Shown: positions 1-7,846 of the stretch, one piece after another
Numbering within the stretch: position 1 is the stretch's first letter
Layout: every line of letters begins with the position of its first letter
IMG/VR virus record: IMGVR_UViG_3300012943_000685
Coordinates: 1 to 48,639 of that record
Origin: a virus
Taxonomy: Duplodnaviria; Caudoviricetes
Strand: one strand, 5' to 3'
DNA length: 48,639 nt
The notes under the pieces: generated by a model
What the model was told of the DNA's origin: nothing
Databases searched by the model: none
Seen by the model: the letters and a program-made list of their open reading frames with translations, nothing else
Position numbers and translations under genes: made by a program

Positions 1-249
1 CTACGGCATCCCGCCCACAAACCCGCTGGTCTCTCCGCCATCAATAATGGTGATGCGCACGCCTGACCGGCGACAGCGCGGGCAGGCCAAATGCTTCGCG
101 ACCTCATCCATCCTCACGTCGCGGTGGACGACTTTGAGCAGCAGTTGGACCGGGCTCTGAAGCCATGTGTGGCGGCAAGCTATGCACGTCGCCTCCACGA
201 TCACCCCATCGTCCAGATCGCGCAGGGATGTATCTTCCAGCCAGGTCAT
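1..249 (-). CDS. Small zinc-finger protein (CxxC...CxxC), translationally coupled to the Y-family polymerase
   Basis: 82 aa from ATG at 249, overlapping the polymerase stop (TGATG); motifs CIAC and CPRC. Confidence 0.8.
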   Translation of the reverse strand: MTWLEDTSLRDLDDGVIVEATCIACRHTWLQSPVQLLLKVVHRDVRMDEVAKHLACPRCRRSGVRITIIDGGETSGFVGGMP

Positions 250-1502
250 CACCAGAAATCCTCCGCGCTGGGGATGCGATTGTACGCGATTTTGCCGCCT
301 GCATATCCGCCCGGTGGGGGTATCCATGGCCCTGTCGTGACCACGCGCTTGCCAAAGCGTCGATTGAGATCATCGATCGTGCGGGTGATGAGTTCGGCCT
401 TCTGGCGGCCCTTGTCATCATCCAGAAACAGATCGCATTGGCGCTCGCCTGCGGGCGAGAGATCGCCCAGCGTCACGCCCACCGATATAATTTTGACCCG
501 GAGTAGCAGGCCCTCCTCTGCCCGCTCCCATAGCTCGCCCAGCGCGCGCAGAATGGCTTGATCGTCCTGCACACCGTGCAGCCGGATATGCGAGCCCCAT
601 GATTGGTCGCGCATCATCAGCCAGAGGGAGAGGGATTTTGCGCGAAACCCTGCCCGCCGCATCCGGCGCGCGGCTTTGGTCAACAACATCCTAGAGCAGG
701 CGTGCGCGCGGGCCATGGTGCGCCACTCAGGAGGCAGCACGCGGCTATGGCCGAACATGCCACGCGAGGTAGGCATCGCGTGCAGCGCATAGCCATGGAG
801 CGCGTACCACATGCGCTCGCCAGTGACATTGCCCCACAGCGCCCGCATCTGCTTCGGCTGGGTCGCCAATAGACCTGCCATTGTGGTGATCCCGGCGCGC
901 GCAAGCCGCTCCTGCATTCGTGAGCCGATGCCCGGCACATCCGAGAGCGGGCGTGATTCCAGCGGGCCCGGCATATCGCGCGGAGCCCAGATCGTGACTC
1001 CGTTCGGTTTATCGACTTTGCACGCGATTTTCGCGAGGAGCCGGTTGGCTGCAAACCCAACCGAGCAGGTGATGAACGGCCCAATGTTGCGGGCGATCCG
1101 GCCTTTGATGCGCGCGGCCAGATCACGCGGCGCGGCAATCGCGCGGGCGTCGAGGCGGCACGTCAGTTCGTCGATGGATTTGACCACCTCGATAGGGATT
1201 TCGCAGGCGATCTCGTTTAGCAGGGCGTTGTGCGCGCGGCGGTAAAGGTCTGGCCGCTGGGGCACAAGCACAATGTCCGGGCACAGTGCCCTCGCCTCGC
1301 GCACCAGCATGACGTTTTTGACGCCGCGCGCCTTGGCCTCGCGGGAGCAGGCTATGACGCTGGTGGAATTGGCCGCATCGGTCGGGAACGGGATCACCCC
1401 CACAGGCCGACCCCGAAGCTCAGGCATGACCTGCTGCATGACGGATGCAAAAAATCCATCAAAATCAAGGTATAAGACCTCGACAGTCTCCGGTTTTCGC
1501 AT
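249..1502 (-). CDS. Y-family (DinB/UmuC-like) translesion DNA polymerase
   Basis: Catalytic motifs LYLDFDGFFASV and SIDE; LLAKIAC..KPNG; HhH VPGIG; clamp-binding-like QCDLF; C-terminal IDDLNRRFG. Confidence 0.95.
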   Translation of the reverse strand: MRKPETVEVLYLDFDGFFASVMQQVMPELRGRPVGVIPFPTDAANSTSVIACSREAKARGVKNVMLVREARALCPDIVLVPQRPDLYRRAHNALLNEIACEIPIEVVKSIDELTCRLDARAIAAPRDLAARIKGRIARNIGPFITCSVGFAANRLLAKIACKVDKPNGVTIWAPRDMPGPLESRPLSDVPGIGSRMQERLARAGITTMAGLLATQPKQMRALWGNVTGERMWYALHGYALHAMPTSRGMFGHSRVLPPEWRTMARAHACSRMLLTKAARRMRRAGFRAKSLSLWLMMRDQSWGSHIRLHGVQDDQAILRALGELWERAEEGLLLRVKIISVGVTLGDLSPAGERQCDLFLDDDKGRQKAELITRTIDDLNRRFGKRVVTTGPWIPPPGGYAGGKIAYNRIPSAEDFW

Positions 1503-1526
1503 CTGTTTCGGCCTAATTCAGAACCA

Positions 1527-1541
1527 GAACAGAGTGAGAAC
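1527..1541 (-). promoter_or_regulatory. Alphaproteobacterial LexA (SOS) box
   Basis: GTTC-TCACTCT-GTTC on - strand (GAAC-N7-GAAC on +), about 25 nt upstream of the polymerase ATG. Confidence 0.85.
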
Positions 1542-1686
1542 AAACAGGGGGCGAGTCCAGCCGCTAGATGTTGGGGGCATAGGAGGGCCCGGCGCCAAGG
1601 GGGGCAAGGCACCAGGCCAGCCACGAAGGGGCTTTGGGGGCTACCGCCGTGGGCGATTGTTGAACGGCGACCGGCGCAAGACGTTC

Positions 1687-1749
1687 CCGGAGGTCATCGG
1701 ATCGGTTAAAAACCAAGGGCCTGAATTGGTGGAGCCCATCACGCTATGA
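1687..1749 (+). pseudogene. C-terminal remnant of an SRAP/YedK (SOS-response-associated peptidase) gene
   Basis: Reads PEVIGSVKNQGPELVEPITL*, resembling the VGNVKNQGxELIxP C-terminus of YedK/SRAP proteins; rest of the gene is absent. Confidence 0.55.
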
Positions 1750-1907
1750 AGGTCAAAGTGGACGGAAATGGCCCCATTTTCATCCAATTTCGCTGCAGAA
1801 ACACGAATTTAACCGTTTGGGCTGACATTTTGGCACGCGGTAGTTGAAACCACACCCAGATTCATGGCACTTCGGGGCCAACTACTTCCGCGGGATCGGA
1901 GCAACCC

Positions 1908-2213
1908 ATGGACGACCAATATCTTATTGAACTGAACGGCGAGCGCAGAGACGACGGCACGGTGTTCATCGTCAGCCCTGATTTGCCTCTTTTCAGCGTC
2001 ATTGGCCATAATGAGCAGGCCGCCATCGATCATGCGATGAAGGTTTTGCCGGAATATCTGAAAGCAAACGTTCCTGATTTTGTTGAATTGCGCGAGCTTC
2101 ATCACGCTCAGCGTGCCCTCGGAATTCTCACCGAGAAAGCAGCCTCTCCTTTGCCTGCACACGTGATCGCAACCATTACCAAAGCGCGGGACCATGCCGC
2201 CAGACGTCCATAG
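1908..2213 (+). CDS. HicB-like antitoxin-domain protein
   Basis: VFIVSPDLPLFSVIGHNEQAAIDHA matches the HicB N-terminal partial RNase H pattern; RBS GGAG. Confidence 0.6.
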   Translation: MDDQYLIELNGERRDDGTVFIVSPDLPLFSVIGHNEQAAIDHAMKVLPEYLKANVPDFVELRELHHAQRALGILTEKAASPLPAHVIATITKARDHAARRP

Positions 2214-2427
2214 AGAAACCGCCGCGAGCGAATTACGTGCTCAAGGATGTAAGTTAGAAAAGACTGATAGCTGGGGGGAATGGTGGGTTGGCCCATGGGG
2301 TGGACCTACGTTTTTCATCCAGCTACGTGGCGAAAATCGCCAATTCGTAGATGAGCAACAGCTTCGATACACGCTCGCTCAAATAGCTCAGTACCGCCCC
2401 CTTAAAGTTCGCGGCAGCATTCAGTAA
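2194..2427 (+). CDS. Divergent HicA-like small protein
   Basis: 77 aa, overlaps the HicB-like gene; helix-LRAQGC-three strands-helix layout like the HicA dsRBD fold, but no GSH motif. Confidence 0.45.
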   Translation: MPPDVHRETAASELRAQGCKLEKTDSWGEWWVGPWGGPTFFIQLRGENRQFVDEQQLRYTLAQIAQYRPLKVRGSIQ

Positions 2428-2438
2428 ATCCGCCCTCT

Positions 2439-2480
2439 CCAGAAACAGAAAAGCCGCCCACCCGGAGGTGAGCGGCTTCT
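2439..2480 (-). terminator. Intrinsic terminator ending the late (- strand) transcript, between convergent genes
   Basis: - strand AAGCCGCTCACC-TCCG-GGTGGGCGGCTT followed by TTCTGTTTCT. Confidence 0.8.
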
Positions 2481-2486
2481 GAATGC

Positions 2487-2617
2487 TTGCTGCGGCACCC
2501 TAGTCGGCACCCTTTCGGGTCGGCGCTCTCACAAGGATTTTACGCACCTGGTTACCCAACGTCTCTTCGCGACAGTGGCTCTGCGAAGAGTGCTTGCCAC
2601 GTTAGCCGCCGCAGCAA
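2487..2617 (-). ncRNA. Candidate structured RNA of unknown family
   Basis: Perfect 10-bp closing stem (2487-2496/2608-2617), 8-bp hairpin CUCUUCGC/GCGAAGAG, GNRA-capped hairpins ACCC-GAAA-GGGU and UGG-GUAA-CCA. Confidence 0.55.
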
Positions 2618-2639
2618 TTCCTTATATCACGCCGCGATT

Positions 2640-2879
2640 CTACGACGCAATCGAACTATCCGGAACGTCGCCAGAAAGAGCCGCTTTCACATCGTCGATG
2701 TGGAGACATTCCGCCAAGTTTGGTGTCACGCCGCCGTTCGGAATGACCGCCAGACTTCCATTGCAAGTATCGTTGCCAGCAACGGCGTTAAAAAGAATGC
2801 CAACCACAGGCGCTTGATAGGCGCCAAGGAACAGAACCTTATCGCCATTCTTGGCTTCACGCCCATTCTTGTAGTGCAT
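2640..2879 (-). CDS. Small hypothetical protein (MHYKNGREAKNGD...)
   Basis: 79 aa, protein-like composition, same strand as the late operon. Confidence 0.75.
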   Translation of the reverse strand: MHYKNGREAKNGDKVLFLGAYQAPVVGILFNAVAGNDTCNGSLAVIPNGGVTPNLAECLHIDDVKAALSGDVPDSSIAS

Positions 2880-2945
2880 AGGAGGAGTGGTCCTTTAACG
2901 AGAGAGATTCCGGATTCCGTCCGGCGCGGGTTCTTTTGGCGGCGC

Positions 2946-5393
2946 TCACACCGCGAAGCTATATTTCCAATCCACCGTACTGCCATTGGCGCGCATGTCT
3001 TCGATCATCGCGGGCACCAGGGCGGAAAGTTTTTCGCTCACCGGCTGGTTCAGCGCCATCGCGCCAAAATAGACGCCGATATATTCGCCCGCCCACGTCT
3101 TCGCGAAAGTATTATTCGGCGCGAGTTCGGCCCATGTCGTCACTGGCGTGGCGGTGAGAGTCCATCCGTCACCCGCCTTCGGCGCACCGTTCAGCGTGAA
3201 CGAAAAGCCGTTACCCTTTCCGGGGTCCGGCTCACCATACTGCTTTGCCACAACGCCCTTGGTGAGGCGCCCACCAGGCGACGCGATGGAAAAATTCGTA
3301 TCATCCAACATCAACAATGTGTGCTCGCCAATCTCACTGCGATCACCCAGCAAGCCCGGCCAGCCGCAGAAGACGAGGTTCTCCACCACACCTGTTCCGG
3401 TATTGTCGACATATTCGCCGCAAGACGCATTGGCCCCCGCGATATAATACCAGACAGGTTTGTCGGTGCAGAAGCCGGAAGCCGGATCGCGCCGCGCAAT
3501 CAGTTGTTTCGCGCGCCACTCGAAAATCTCCTGCCAATCGGCAAAGCGCCCGCTGCCCACCATCATGCCGAACACCTGCGCGAGAAAGTCCTCCTGCCAT
3601 GAGCCGAAGCCGTTTTTATGCGGGCCGGATGAGAAGACGCTGGCCTTGATGGTGGTACCATGCACAAAATTCTCGATCAGAAAATCACGATTGCGATCAA
3701 GGACCATCTTCCAGAACGCTGTCGGCAACAGCGTCGGATCGTCGATGTGCAGCGATGCGAAATAGCAGAACACCACAGAGCGCAGCATCCACGCATAAGC
3801 GCGTTCTTGCCCGTAATCGAGCACAAAAGATTTGCCGCCGAATTTCTTTTGCCACGCGGCGCGCAACGGATCACCATCCCCATGCTCGGCGCCGAGATAG
3901 AAATTGGTTTGATACATCAGCTCCCGCACATGGTGCGGATCACCGGTCAACATGAACGGCACATAACCAAGGCAAGGATGATGCGCATCGTCCGGCATGA
4001 TAAATTCAGGATAAGCCCTGTCGGATTTCATCACATAGAGCGGCGGCTTTGAGTTCGCGCTGTCAAACAAATTCGCGGTCGGCACGGCGCTGAAATCGTA
4101 CATGCCGAGATTCGCATTATCCAAATGCCACGGCCCAGTGCCCGATGCTTCGGCCCACATCATCATGGACCGATAAGAAGCCGCATCGCGCTGGCCCAGG
4201 TAACGGCTGGTGCCTTCCGGGTTCACCCCGAAATCGCCGCGGCCGCCCGTTTGCCCCATGTAGGGCGTCAGATTGGAAATGCGCATCGGCGCATAATCAC
4301 TGGCCTGTGCGGCATTGATGGTGGTGAACGGATTGCGCGCATAGGCAGGAATGAACCCTTGCGCGACCAGTTCATCCACGCTGCGAGCCTGAGGCCGGTC
4401 AGATGTCGCGGCGCGCCATTCGGCCAGCCAGAAATGGCAAGGAATATCGAACCGGCCAAGAGATTCCTCACCCGCAAACATTTCCGCGGTATAAGCGCCC
4501 ATGGTGGCAGGCGCGTCATTGCTGGGGTCGCCATAACGCAGCGTGATTTCCACCCGGTCGCCATCGACACCAAAAAAAGCGCGCCACAACCCATCAGGCG
4601 AAACCGCGCACGCGCGCAATTGCGCGATACCGGCAAAACCGACCACGGACGAATGCACAACGCCAGTCTCAATACCGCGCAGGACCAACGGCTCCGCACC
4701 GTCACGCATGATGTGGACAGATAAATCGGCAATCTGCACATTCGCCCCAAGCGATGGCACCGCCAATTTCGGGATGATCTGCCCGGTCGAAATGGGCGCG
4801 GCGGGGTCATCAGATGCGGGCGGTGTTGGTGTCTTTGGCGCGGATGGCGCGGAGACGGCGGGCATTGTGCCTTCTGGCAACGGCACAGGCTGTTCAGGCC
4901 AGACTTGCGTGGCCGCCTTGGCATTCGCGATGTAGAGCGCGATGCAGCCGGTGAGATTGATGGCCTTCCCGGTGGCGTGTGTCTCTTGAAAGACCGGGGC
5001 GCCGGTCACTGGATCATCGGCCTTGCGCTTCCACCAATCGGCGCTGCTGCCGTTCTGGACGAGCACAATGGTGTTGCCGGTGCCGGGCTGTTCAGCGTTC
5101 TTGTCCGCAACTGTGATGCGCACGACATTGACCACGGGCGCAACGGGATCGAGTTCCGGTTCGGCCGGAACAGGATCAACAATGGGCGCCGGATCGTCGG
5201 TCACGGGCGTGGTGTCGGACGGCTGATCACCAGACGGATCGCCGTCATCGGTATTGCCGCCACCATCTGCCGGGAGCGGGTCAGCCTGTCCCGTATCCGC
5301 CGGTGCCGGGTCCGTTACGACCGCATCCACGAAAGCGACAAAGGCGTCGGCCAGCGCGCGCGCCAAATTCATTACTTCTTCGTGCGATTTCAT
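2946..5393 (-). CDS. Large post-lysis cargo protein with Pro/Asp linkers and a probable alpha/alpha-toroid (polysaccharide lyase-like) C-terminal domain
   Basis: 815 aa; motifs YMGQTGGRGD, DDAHHPCLGYVPFMLTGD, QERAYAWMLR, SWQEDF; fold is inferred. Confidence 0.7.
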   Translation of the reverse strand: MKSHEEVMNLARALADAFVAFVDAVVTDPAPADTGQADPLPADGGGNTDDGDPSGDQPSDTTPVTDDPAPIVDPVPAEPELDPVAPVVNVVRITVADKNAEQPGTGNTIVLVQNGSSADWWKRKADDPVTGAPVFQETHATGKAINLTGCIALYIANAKAATQVWPEQPVPLPEGTMPAVSAPSAPKTPTPPASDDPAAPISTGQIIPKLAVPSLGANVQIADLSVHIMRDGAEPLVLRGIETGVVHSSVVGFAGIAQLRACAVSPDGLWRAFFGVDGDRVEITLRYGDPSNDAPATMGAYTAEMFAGEESLGRFDIPCHFWLAEWRAATSDRPQARSVDELVAQGFIPAYARNPFTTINAAQASDYAPMRISNLTPYMGQTGGRGDFGVNPEGTSRYLGQRDAASYRSMMMWAEASGTGPWHLDNANLGMYDFSAVPTANLFDSANSKPPLYVMKSDRAYPEFIMPDDAHHPCLGYVPFMLTGDPHHVRELMYQTNFYLGAEHGDGDPLRAAWQKKFGGKSFVLDYGQERAYAWMLRSVVFCYFASLHIDDPTLLPTAFWKMVLDRNRDFLIENFVHGTTIKASVFSSGPHKNGFGSWQEDFLAQVFGMMVGSGRFADWQEIFEWRAKQLIARRDPASGFCTDKPVWYYIAGANASCGEYVDNTGTGVVENLVFCGWPGLLGDRSEIGEHTLLMLDDTNFSIASPGGRLTKGVVAKQYGEPDPGKGNGFSFTLNGAPKAGDGWTLTATPVTTWAELAPNNTFAKTWAGEYIGVYFGAMALNQPVSEKLSALVPAMIEDMRANGSTVDWKYSFAV

Positions 5394-5404
5394 GTCTGCC
5401 TCGA

Positions 5405-5716
5405 TTATTGGAGCCGCCGCGCTTCAATCGCGGTCAGTCGGTTTCCTTGGTCATTGAGTGATTTTCCTTGGTCGGCGAGAAGCTGCTCGACCTTGGACAG
5501 GCGAGAATCCCAGTCCTGATTTTTCTGAACGATGACCTGCACGCGGGCATCGACGGTATTCAGCGTCCGCCCCTGCTCTTTCTGGGCGTCGGAAATCGCG
5601 ACGGCATAGGCGAGGATCGCGCCTAGCAATGTCGGTACGGCCAAACGGAAAAAGGCGACGAGGTACCCCCCATCGCCGCCGATCTTCATGCGTTCCGAAG
5701 CGTCGCTATTTGCCAT
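5405..5716 (-). CDS. Lysis-cassette membrane protein (one TM plus coiled coil; holin/antiholin-like)
   Basis: TM LAVPTLLGAILAYAVAI followed by coiled coil ending RLTAIEAR; overlaps the o-spanin end. Confidence 0.65.
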   Translation of the reverse strand: MANSDASERMKIGGDGGYLVAFFRLAVPTLLGAILAYAVAISDAQKEQGRTLNTVDARVQVIVQKNQDWDSRLSKVEQLLADQGKSLNDQGNRLTAIEARRLQ

Positions 5717-5963
5717 TGGCTTTCTTCCCCCAGTCACAAAGCCGCTTTCCCACAGCGTTGTGTGCCTTGACCTCAACAATCGTTTGATCGGTGTCGAGCA
5801 CCGCCCAGCCAATGGGCTTTGCAACGTCACAAAACGTGGCGCGCTGGGGCGGTGGCGCATCACTAGCCCCGCCTAAACCCGTCGTCGTCGCGCAGGCTGT
5901 CAGGATGAGCGTCAAGCTCGCTACGCAGATCGTCGCGAACAGCCTGTGCCTGTTTGATGTCAT
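5706..5963 (-). CDS. o-spanin (Rz1-like lipoprotein)
   Basis: Lipobox LTAC; FCDVAKPIGW..DT..HNAV..LCDW; overlaps the i-spanin out of frame. Confidence 0.8.
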   Translation of the reverse strand: MTSNRHRLFATICVASLTLILTACATTTGLGGASDAPPPQRATFCDVAKPIGWAVLDTDQTIVEVKAHNAVGKRLCDWGKKANGK

Positions 5964-6120
5964 CCACTGCTTGACTGGCTGCATCTCTTTGCGCCTCCGT
6001 GTAACCGAGTTGCTTTTTGATCTGGTCGTTGCGCCAATCCTGAAATGCGTCTCTGGCCAGCCCCGCGAAGCTGTCCAGAAACGGTTTCAGAAAGGCGAAG
6101 AGGGCTTGGAGCCAACTCAT
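5863..6120 (-). CDS. i-spanin (Rz-like)
   Basis: N-terminal hydrophobic segment then coiled coil; overlapped by the lipoprotein gene. Confidence 0.7.
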   Translation of the reverse strand: MSWLQALFAFLKPFLDSFAGLARDAFQDWRNDQIKKQLGYTEAQRDAASQAVDDIKQAQAVRDDLRSELDAHPDSLRDDDGFRRG

Positions 6121-6629
6121 TACGAGGTGAGCCCAATGTCCGCCGCAATGTCCTTGAAGTTCGGCGCTGACGCGCCTTCATCGAGCGGGAGGCGTGCCCA
6201 AATCTTCTCGGCCACCTTGTCGGGACCGCCCAGCCAGTCGATCAGCCACGATGCGCCGTGGTCGATGGCGTATTGCAGGGCCTTCGCCGTGACTTCGAGC
6301 CCAACATCGATGGTGAGGGTTTTGCCCGCCACTGCTCCGCTCACCGCATTGATGCCAAATCCCACCGCCCGATTGAGCAATTGCTCAACGCGCAGGGAGG
6401 CGAGGATCGCATAAAGCTGGGCGGGCAACTTGCGCAGCGCAGCCATGATGATCGCGGCCAGAAGCAGGCCCACATACTGGGCCGCCTCAACAACGGCAGA
6501 GCCCCACGCGACATGAACCTGGGTGGCTTCCGACGCCATGGCGGGGGAAAACAGGATGGGCGACAGCCCAATGACGAAGAATAGCGCGAGCACGACTAGG
6601 CCCGCGCCGGTGGCGAGTTTTCTCAACAT
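6120..6629 (-). CDS. Holin-like membrane protein
   Basis: Two or more TM segments, directly after the endolysin; RBS GGAG before ATG 6629. Confidence 0.6.
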   Translation of the reverse strand: MLRKLATGAGLVVLALFFVIGLSPILFSPAMASEATQVHVAWGSAVVEAAQYVGLLLAAIIMAALRKLPAQLYAILASLRVEQLLNRAVGFGINAVSGAVAGKTLTIDVGLEVTAKALQYAIDHGASWLIDWLGGPDKVAEKIWARLPLDEGASAPNFKDIAADIGLTS

Positions 6630-6672
6630 ATCAATCTCCAATGGATACCCGGATGCCGCCGGGCGCGGGGTC

Positions 6673-7257
6673 TCAGGCTTCGTTGGTGGTGACGGCGCCG
6701 GTTGCGGCCAGATGGATGGGCCGGACATTCAAGGGCTGCACGCGATAGATGGGGCGGCGCGCGGCAACGAGTTGAGCCTTCGCTTTGCGCATGATGGTCA
6801 CGGCGTTGGACTGGTTGCCGCCGAGGATGTGGAAACAATCAGCGTCCTCGCCCACATACAGCGCGACGTGGCCGCCGACCGTTTGGCCCTTCGCATTGGC
6901 CCGTTTGAACACCAGAACGTCGCCCAGTGCAGGCTCTGGCGATTTGGCGCCAAACCCGGCCCAGTTCATCGCCCACAGCGGATAGTCGGGGAATTCCTTG
7001 CCTCCAAGGTGCGCGCAATAGGCCATGAACAGGCCGCACCATGCGATGTCATCGTCTGAAAAGGCGCGGACCCCGGCAGCCTTGATTGGCGAGATCGCGG
7101 AGATGGCCGTGCGCATCCGCATGATCGTCGGATTGCTGCCCGGCCCCTGCACCTCATGAGTGCCGTAGAGAGTTAGCGCCGCCGAAATCAACTTCGGGCT
7201 GCCATTATTGGCGGCCAGCGTTTCGAGCAACCATTTGTAGCGGGGGTCAAGCGTCAT
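6673..7257 (-). CDS. Endolysin, NlpC/P60 (TIGR02594-like) cysteine peptidase
   Basis: DDIAWCGLF, GDVLVF, GGHVALY, ILGGNQSNAV motifs. Confidence 0.92.
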   Translation of the reverse strand: MTLDPRYKWLLETLAANNGSPKLISAALTLYGTHEVQGPGSNPTIMRMRTAISAISPIKAAGVRAFSDDDIAWCGLFMAYCAHLGGKEFPDYPLWAMNWAGFGAKSPEPALGDVLVFKRANAKGQTVGGHVALYVGEDADCFHILGGNQSNAVTIMRKAKAQLVAARRPIYRVQPLNVRPIHLAATGAVTTNEA

Positions 7258-7834
7258 CGTCTTTGCCCTCGCCTGTCAGTTGCTGCCAAACCTTGCCGGT
7301 CCGCGCGCTGTGAGCAGGGCGCTTGCCCTTGAGGCATGTGTGCTTTAGGCCTTCGCTCCCGGCGCAACTCCAATCCGTGATGTCCACGTCGGCGGGAATT
7401 TGGGACAGGACTCGCGGATGGCTGAGGAAGCCTTTGGCGTTGGGATGATCGGCCCTGATGATGCCGAGCAGGATTTTCATGGCGTCCGGCGCGATGCCCT
7501 GCATCACTTCGGAATGGAGCAGCAGTTCCAGCGGTTGCCGAACCTTTTCAAACGGGTATTGCGTGAGTTGCCACGCGTAGGCGGTCTGGAAATTGGCGGC
7601 CAATTCCGGCGGGTGGTGCGTTCCGGCCGAGGCGATCACATCGACGATATAGGGCACGGCATAATCGCGGTGCCCGAATATCCATCGCTCGAAATCATCG
7701 ACCGACCATACGTCCCGCTTCTCGACCAGTTTTTTCACGATGGGGCAGAACGCGCGACCCTGCCGTTCCATCGTGTCGGAAAACTCAACGATCAGATCGT
7801 CGATGGTGAAATCGCGACCGCTAACAATTGGCAT
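7247..7834 (-). CDS. Hypothetical protein between tail tip and endolysin
   Basis: 195 aa, RBS GGAGG, overlaps the endolysin start. Confidence 0.75.
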   Translation of the reverse strand: MPIVSGRDFTIDDLIVEFSDTMERQGRAFCPIVKKLVEKRDVWSVDDFERWIFGHRDYAVPYIVDVIASAGTHHPPELAANFQTAYAWQLTQYPFEKVRQPLELLLHSEVMQGIAPDAMKILLGIIRADHPNAKGFLSHPRVLSQIPADVDITDWSCAGSEGLKHTCLKGKRPAHSARTGKVWQQLTGEGKDDDA

Positions 7835-7846
7835 CGCTGCCTCCGT

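Noticed and set aside
1546-1640. G-run cluster as a G-quadruplex
   Set aside because: Loops are long and irregular in a high-GC background; no supporting context
1503-1907. att site or tRNA at the left prophage boundary
   Set aside because: No tRNA fold seen, and the partner att and integrase are outside the window, so no core repeat can be verified
2487-2617. Assignment as a pistol, hammerhead, twister or hairpin ribozyme, tRNA or retron msr-msd
   Set aside because: Only partial resemblance (e.g. CGUUGG-GUAA-CCAGGUGC); required core nucleotides and topology not found; no reverse transcriptase in the window
2487-3602. 371-aa + strand ORF
   Set aside because: Arg-rich antisense shadow across two real genes and the RNA element; no RBS or motif
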